Shown: piece by piece, positions 53,900 through 64,000 of the stretch
Layout of the letters: each line of letters opens with the position of its first letter
Numbering within the stretch: position 1 is the stretch's first letter
Assembly: GCA_964016885.1 (NCBI GenBank)
Contig: OZ024742.1
Location: 266,352,001 to 266,416,000, forward strand
From: Eledone cirrhosa
Lineage: Eukaryota
DNA: 64,000 nt
Direction of reading: 5' to 3'
Notes under the pieces: model-generated
The model's database searches: none
Told to the model about the DNA's origin: nothing
What the model saw: the letters and a program-made list of their open reading frames with translations, nothing else
Program-made: the position numbers and the translations under genes

Positions 53900-54332
53900 A
53901 TGTCCCTGCATTTCTTTGCCAGACACGTAGCATTAGGAACTCGTCTGGGGTTCTCTCTTCAGAAAGGTGCATCTTCACGAAGTGGAGAGTAAACTTTGCT
54001 GACCCCATAAACCTGATCACAACAGCATCTTCTAATATACACGAGGTGCATCTGCGAACGGGGACTAATCTATCAGAGGCTAAGTTTACAAGAGCAGTTA
54101 AAGAGATTAAATGTGACAAGGCCCCTGGTGAAGATGAAATCCGGCCCGAGATATTAAAAGCCTTAAATAGAGAAGGTATTCTCTGGCTGACTCACGTGTA
54201 GCGGGTGACCTGAATCTCTGGAAAGGCACTTAAGCAATGGCAATCGGGAGTGATTATCCCAATTCTTAAAAAGGGAGACAAGAGAGATTGTTCCAATTAC
54301 AGAGGGATCTCCTTGTTCTCCCCGGGAAAGTA
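53900..54332 (+). pseudogene. RTE-type RT N-terminal fragment
   Basis: KAPGEDEIRPEILKALNREGILWLTHV..WQSGVIIPILKKGDKRDCSNYRGISL. Confidence 0.82.
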
Positions 54333-55049
54333 TATTTTATCCAGCACATTTTACTCAGTTTTCTGTCATTCCACAGTGCTTCCCAGTAAGAAAAGGAGTC
54401 GAACTACATGATTGTAAAGTGAATCTTTTAACCACACCATCATATCTGCGCCCATAGATGTAAATTTGCTACCTGTGCTTAGTTACTACATTTTTAGTAG
54501 ACCAGTATGACGATAAAATTTCCAGTTGTTCAACAAATGGAGCTGTCTACTCATTAATATCTATTACCATTGAATAAATAAGAACGAAGAAAATGGAAAG
54601 GAAACAATGATAGATTTCCTGAAGGATTATTGAGTACATTAAATCATTAGAGAAATGATATTGGTTTTTACCTCATTTTAATAATGCTAGGCGATTAACC
54701 ATGATGTGAAAAAAAACAAACTGACTGAAATTAAAATAAATTTCTAATTCAGCCCTCCCATATAAACATGATAAATATCTCGAATAAGTACCGTGCCATT
54801 CATCACACCATTAAAAGAGGAATACTTCAATTTTATGCACAAAGATTACTGAAAATGGAGGGAGCAAACATTTGTCGGAAACAAATCACTTTGTACCCGA
54901 TGAAATTGATGTCAATAAAGATCGAATTTTACTTTTCAAGTTTTGAAAATAAAACAGAAAAGGCACAAATGGACGCAATAGGAATGCGTTTCTACACAAC
55001 GCGCATATTCTACACAGAAATGCATTAGGAAAACAAATAACCAACAAAA

Positions 55050-57095
55050 AAATATGCAACGGCAATATATACGCAGAGAACGTAAACCATGACAATAGAA
55101 AAAGTACAATTGTGAAAAAGTAAATAATAAGATATAACAAAATGAGCCCAAAAGAAGACATGCAGAATACTGACCAACAAAAACCGAACCAGCACAAAAC
55201 GAACAACGATAACAAAATATATGAGAAATATATAAAAACAGAAAATAATAAAGACAGATATGAATATGACAATATTTATAACTCAAGAATTACAAACAAT
55301 AGATTTATCTATGAACTGACAACTCTATAGCTACACGATAGAATAGCAAGAACAGTAAAAAAAGTTGCAAACCTGGACATCACAGACTTAATTAAAACAG
55401 ACATAAACATCAATATAACCAGACTAAATGAAATAATATATTATAGTAGCAGCCACTGTAGTTACAGAGGAAAGTGAATACTCCTTCAGATCTATTCATA
55501 TAAGAATATCAAAATCGAAGCGAAAAAACGTAGAACACAAAGATTCGGAACAGATAGTAAATAAAAGAAAGGTTCTCTCATTCCTCGAGGAAATCAATAA
55601 CGAAACGACACAATTGAAAGTAAAGAAGAGACAAACACTACTGAAATATAATATAACAAAAAATAAAACGTATCCAAAATCAATGAACGCCTGAAACAAG
55701 AGATGTTCGCTAAATCGCAAATAATCTCTCGGTATGTAAATTGACAACGATTCTTTGAACAATATAAACAGTTCGACTCAAACCCGAAACTATTTTATCA
55801 ATAACGTTTTAAAAAAACTAAAAATAGATGACAATGCAACAACAAATACAGATAACAAAGAAATCAAAACAGATGATAATGGTCTAAACAACGAATACGG
55901 AATCCAAACAGTCGTGGGAGGCCAAAACAACAGAAGATGTAACGCACACACTGCAAATAACAAAGAACTAGAAGGCACCAGGGCATAGTAAGAAAAGAAA
56001 TATCTGATTAGAATGCTTAACAGGGGCTAGCAAAGATGTTTAATGCGGCACTGACGGAGCAAAACATCTGACTGGTTCACTGAGAAGAAAACTATGTTAT
56101 ACGTTAAGACTAAAAAACCCATATACCTTTAAAACTTCAAACTCATAAACTGCTTTGCTACAGCTTTGAAGCCTTAACTGCAACAATATCACACAGAATA
56201 ATTAAATATCTCGATTAAACAGCCTGTTTACAGAAGAGAAAAATGGATATTGCAAATTTCATATGGTGTAAAGATTAAGTACTGATGAGTAAAGCAATTA
56301 AAACTACGACAAAATAAGGAGGGTCTTAAGACATAGAAATGGCAAAATATCAGAAGGAATTTGTCAGTGTCCCTTATATGTAGATATTGGAAACATTAGC
56401 CATGAATAAGGTAGCATCAATAATAGTGAAGTGCAGGAAACACACCATGAGCAAATGGTAAACAATTTTGCAGATATTGACAAAAGAAGAATTATAAAAA
56501 CTAATCGAAATCTCTATTAGAAGTGAAATATTTCCAAGGGTCTCACTATATTCCCTCCATTTATACATGGGTTTAATACCTTTAACCAACATGTTAAATG
56601 AGACGAGACTCGGATACAAAAGTTATAGGAGAACAATCAATTGTCTGTTGATAAACAACTAGAAACATTCCTAGAGACAGTATATGGATTTACCAGATCT
56701 TTCATATTCATATTAGAATAACGCGCCAAGGCAACCCCGAAGACAATAACATTAATTAAGAACATCAATATCATGTTAGATAAAAGAAGAATGAGAGAGG
56801 ATCAGACCAAACACAGACATACACATACTTAAACATTACCGGGCTAAACAGTGTACAACACAAAGGAATGAAAGAAACGGTTTTGAAAGCATTTACAGAC
56901 ACTTAGATTATTGATTTAATATAGAGCTAATTGCAAAAAGTAAGGCCAAAGACATGTATAAGATAATTAATAATACGCTGTGCTTAAAATGCATTCAACA
57001 AGATGAAAAATGATAAAAATAAGACAAAACAAAGAAAAAAAAAAACATTGACTACACTTAGAACACAACATCCAAAATTCTGATGTAGATCGATA
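55050..57095 (+). pseudogene. very old A-rich non-LTR relic, probably R4/Dong
   Basis: remnants such as IFQG.SL.PL.F, LIPLTNMLNET..GYK and HPKSDVDR. Confidence 0.45.
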
Positions 57096-57899
57096 TTAGA
57101 AATACAAGAAAGTAAAATCCTTCCACATGCCCACACGGTAACAAGCAAGTATGTACATTACATTAATTAAAGCTGAAACTTTATAATTACTACTCTGAGT
57201 TTCAACTTCTGGATCCTTCGGCAAAAATCTATTAACTATTGTCAATATAATATGGCTACATACATACAAAACACACAACACACACGCACACATACACATG
57301 CAAATACACGCACACATACACACACAAACACATTTACACAAACACAGACACACACTCACCCAACACATATACAGGTCTCATTCTATATGTGTGTGTGTGT
57401 GTGTGCGCGTATATAAGTGTATATATATATATGTGTGTGTGTGTATATGTGTGTTTATATGCGTATATAGGTGTGTACAGGAGTTTTACGTTTGTGTGGG
57501 TTGGGTGTGAATATATTTGTTATAACTATTAGGATGCGGGAGGGAAAATAAAATATTTAAAAAATATATTTGACTGCAAAAAGAAAAAGTAGTGATGTTT
57601 TTTTCTTGACTTCCATTTTTCACTTCCACAGCAAGATTTCGATGGAAACCGAAAAAACATAAACAACCATATTAAAAAAACAAACGTAAATAACTATAGA
57701 AAAACAAGAGAAATACAAGTACAAAATATAGCGTACAATAAGAAATAAGTATATAAAGTATATTTTATGTTTCAGTTAATATAGACACACAAGCTGCGTA
57801 TCTGTGTATATATGTGTGTGAGTGTGTATGTATGTGGGTGTATGGCTGTATACATTTTTTTTTTACGTAAGTATATGTGAACATAATAAATATATATAC

Positions 57900-60712
<2,813 letters not shown>

Positions 60713-60999
60713 GAAATGCATCTACATGCTGCTGCTTAGGTTTAAAAAGTTGATAGGAAATAATGTGTGTAATAATAAAAACAAAAATAACAGCTTCAAT
60801 AAACGGTAAAGTAAGAATTACGATACTATTCCTACACATGCCCGTGTGAGTTTGCACACCCTCATGCACATACAAACAGACACTCATTCATATACATTTC
60901 CTTGTGTGTGTGTGTGTGTGCATATTCGTGTGTGAGTGAGCGTGAGTATATATATATATATATGTAAAAGGTATACAGATATAACAACGCAAACGGTAT

Positions 61000-61038
<39 letters not shown>

Positions 61039-61200
61039 AATCAGGATAGAACCAGTTTAAAACTAGTTAGACTATTACTGAACAGAATATTTCTATATTT
61101 CGGGTAATAGAGAATGGCTATATTATAAAGAGTCGGGACCTGAGTCTGGAGCTATCTGTTGAGACAACAATAGCACAGTGACGAGTCCTGACTCTTTATA

Positions 61201-61239
<39 letters not shown>

Positions 61240-61403
61240 AACAATTTTCAAAGGAAAGTAGAGACTTAAAATGCTAGTATGTAATTGAGTTATTCTTAAA
61301 AAAACAAAAAAAAAACAAAAAAAAATGGCAATGCGTTTATATAATATGTAAAGGTTTGAAGAAGTGAGGAAGAGTAGTTATAATTATAAATGGAGAGCAA
61401 ATA

Positions 61404-61866
61404 TAAACAAGAGTATTAATGGAAAGATTTTACTTCTTTCATAAAAAATTCATATTTATTCTCTGAAATATGTTTCGAAGGACATATGACTTTCTCTCAT
61501 TCAAGATCTTAGTAAATTTTTCGCATAATCATGTCTATAGGTTTAGATATATGGCTATAGAGTCATATTCATTCTTCTCAGAGAAACCATGTACTTAATA
61601 TGCATGATTTATATACAGCATCTCTGCTAAAGGTGATGTCGATATTCCATTGACAACATTCAGTACAATCTCTTTATCTCTCCGAGGAGAATGAATATGA
61701 CTCTATAGTCATATATCTAAACTTAGAGACAAACATGACTATGCGAAACATTTCCCAACATTTCGAATGAGTGGAAGTCAAATTTCCTTCGAAACATGTA
61801 AGGGAAAAAATATGGTTTTTTGATATAAAACATGAAGTAGAATTTTTCCATTAATACTCTTGTTTA
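61404..61866. repeat. diverged palindrome (~185-bp arms) with outward-facing hammerheads
   Basis: taaacaagagtattaatggaaa / tttccattaatactcttgttta; tatagagtcatattcattct / agaatgaatatgactctata. Confidence 0.85.
61677..61805 (+). ncRNA. type-I hammerhead motif with ~100-nt stem II insert (CCGA variant); degenerate mirror at 61460-61585 (-)
   Basis: tctct CCGAGGA gaatgaa...ttccttc GAAA catg TA aggga. Confidence 0.65.
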
Positions 61867-62056
61867 AATATATATATATATATATATATATATAAGCACA
61901 TGGCCTTGAACTCACAATCATAAGGATGTGGGTTCTATTCCTGGACCTAGTGCATGTCGTGTTCTTGAGAAAAACACTTTATTTTCACGTTGCCCCTGCT
62001 AAGAGTTGCGATGGCAGATAGAAAGACCTTTTCATAATCCAATAACACCTCCTCAC

Positions 62057-62146
<90 letters not shown>

Positions 62147-62979
62147 TACATATATATACGCCAGTTATGGGAAACTTCAATAAAAGCAGAGAGAACTTAA
62201 TACCAGATGTAGGGTTAGATGTGACCTTTACACAGTACTTAAGACATTCCATTGCTACTTATATGTACTTTAGGTGTAACTAGATTTCACATGATAGCTG
62301 GATATCACGCTTAAACATCTTTGATGGTATCTTCTCACTTCAGAAAGACCTTCGCAAAATTCAGATCTCTTTCAATTGCATACATACAGCACACAATAGT
62401 ACAACTTTTTGATACAAATTAAAATGTCCAAACATAGCACATGGACATTCACGTATATCTATTTATTATACTACAACACCTTATACAAGGGCGGGTCACC
62501 TCAAAATGCCCGATATCATGCACAAAGATTTCAAGCAAGCATATAACTATACGTCTTCTTATACATTTGATTTTGCCTTTAATATTGGACAACATACCGG
62601 TTGTTCAAATGGTAATTTCTTTGTTCTTCCCATAATGTAACTTGGTGGAAACAATATGTGAGTTATGATCTCTACACCACACTCCCGTTTTCGTCTTGTG
62701 CTTTCCCTCAATTTGTCTTATGTTTGAAGATGACAGTTTAGCAAAACCAGCACACTCTAGTAAGGGTGCATTAACAACCGTTCTAGCAAGACGCTTAAGT
62801 AGTAAATAAAATTCTTAAGTATTGTATAAAAATCCCATATATGAATATGCACACACAGAAACACACATCCAAACAGCCCACACATTATTATGGTTTTCAG
62901 TTTAATATATTCCCCACTAACATAGCCACTCCTTGTTATTTAATGTTATTTGATTTGTTCTCGGTGGATTGGGTGGTGA

Positions 62980-63172
62980 AGGGCGGTGGATTGGCAATAT
63001 TGGTAGAGGGTCGGACGCCATGCTTTCCGGCATAGTTACGTCCCTTTACGATCTGAGTTCAAATCCCGCCGAGGTTGACTTTGCCTTTCATCCTTACGGG
63101 GTCGATAAAATAAAGTACCAGTAATGCACTGGGTAATTGCTGGCCTTGTGCCTAAAAGTAGAAACAGTTATT
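62980..63172 (+). mobile_element. Meta-core SINE, near full length
   Basis: near-identical to 2746-2931. Confidence 0.82.
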
Positions 63173-63829
63173 TGATTTGTTCTCCGTGAGCGGACGATAA
63201 CACGTTTTATCACATTCAGATGCTTGATGTACGGTTGTGTCTCAAAATGTTTCAGTGACACAAAGAACTTTTGAAATTCGTCATTTTCAGCTGATATATG
63301 TTGTTACGCAGAAAGATGCACAGGGACATTCTTAGCATTCAATCTAGCAATTGTTCTAGGGAGAATAATAAATTAAAAACACATTGAAGTCATTTGCTAT
63401 GAAACATAAGATAAACAATCTAGAGCTTAGGACGTCGCAACACGCAGGGCTTCAAATAAATATATGCTTTCAATTTTTTTAGACATTCTGGTGATATTTT
63501 TAACAGGGGTCTGCAATCTTAAAATAGATTAAAGCCTAACGAAATTTAAACCCGGCATTGCTTGTCTGTACTAAAGGCATGCTGCTATACAGTGCTTTGG
63601 CTTGGATTGTCTACTCATGCCGAAGGTAAAATACTCGTTTATCATTTCTAGCTCAGAGTACTGGTGTTGCTACTCAGTACTCAGTCTACCAGTCTGTGTT
63701 AGTTTCCACATTTACATCAAAACTAAGCTACTTAGTATAGCTTGCTTGCCAATCTGAAGGTTCCCTATAGAAAGTTTCTCTTTGAAGCACAAGTCAGAAC
63801 AAGGTTATTTTTTGCGGATGATCTGCAGT

Positions 63830-64000
63830 CACCCATGCATGCCAGCCCCCTCTTTACGCCACCGATGCTGTCCAAGGGAAAGGCAAAGGCCGATACGCAT
63901 TGGCACCAGTGATGTCGCAACTAATGTACAGCTGAGTGAACTGGAGCATCGTGAAATAAAGTATCTTGCTCAAGGACACAACGCACCGCCCAGGTCGGGA
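63830..64000 (-). mobile_element. tRNA-derived SINE running off the window end
   Basis: cagctgagtgaactggagc...gaaataaagtatcttgctcaaggacacaac. Confidence 0.7.

Overview
AT-rich, microsatellite-saturated eukaryotic DNA. The SINE/LINE repertoire points to an octopod cephalopod (inference). Almost all ORF-track entries are (TA)n/(CA)n artefacts. One host gene is recognisable: a 5'(3')-deoxyribonucleotidase (NT5C/NT5M family) on +, with four spliced coding exons at 33024-33124, 38602-38665, 39690-39804 and 40379-40536. Its first exon (DxDGV motif) was not found, so 1-33 kb is probably a large first intron. The rest is transposon-derived: many 5'-truncated copies of an RTE LINE with a PHD-like C4HC3 finger after the RT, Tx1/L1, R4/Dong and other RTE relics, tRNA-derived SINEs, mariner, piggyBac MITE and Helitron remnants, and two Penelope-like GIY-YIG endonuclease relics. 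The most striking signal is a dense set of about 14 type-I hammerhead-ribozyme motifs from about ten sequence-unrelated families. They lie at the 3' ends of short (TA)n-embedded elements, many arranged as fold-back palindromes with both 3' ends facing outward. Ribozyme folds were derived by eye, activity is untested, and TE boundaries are approximate.
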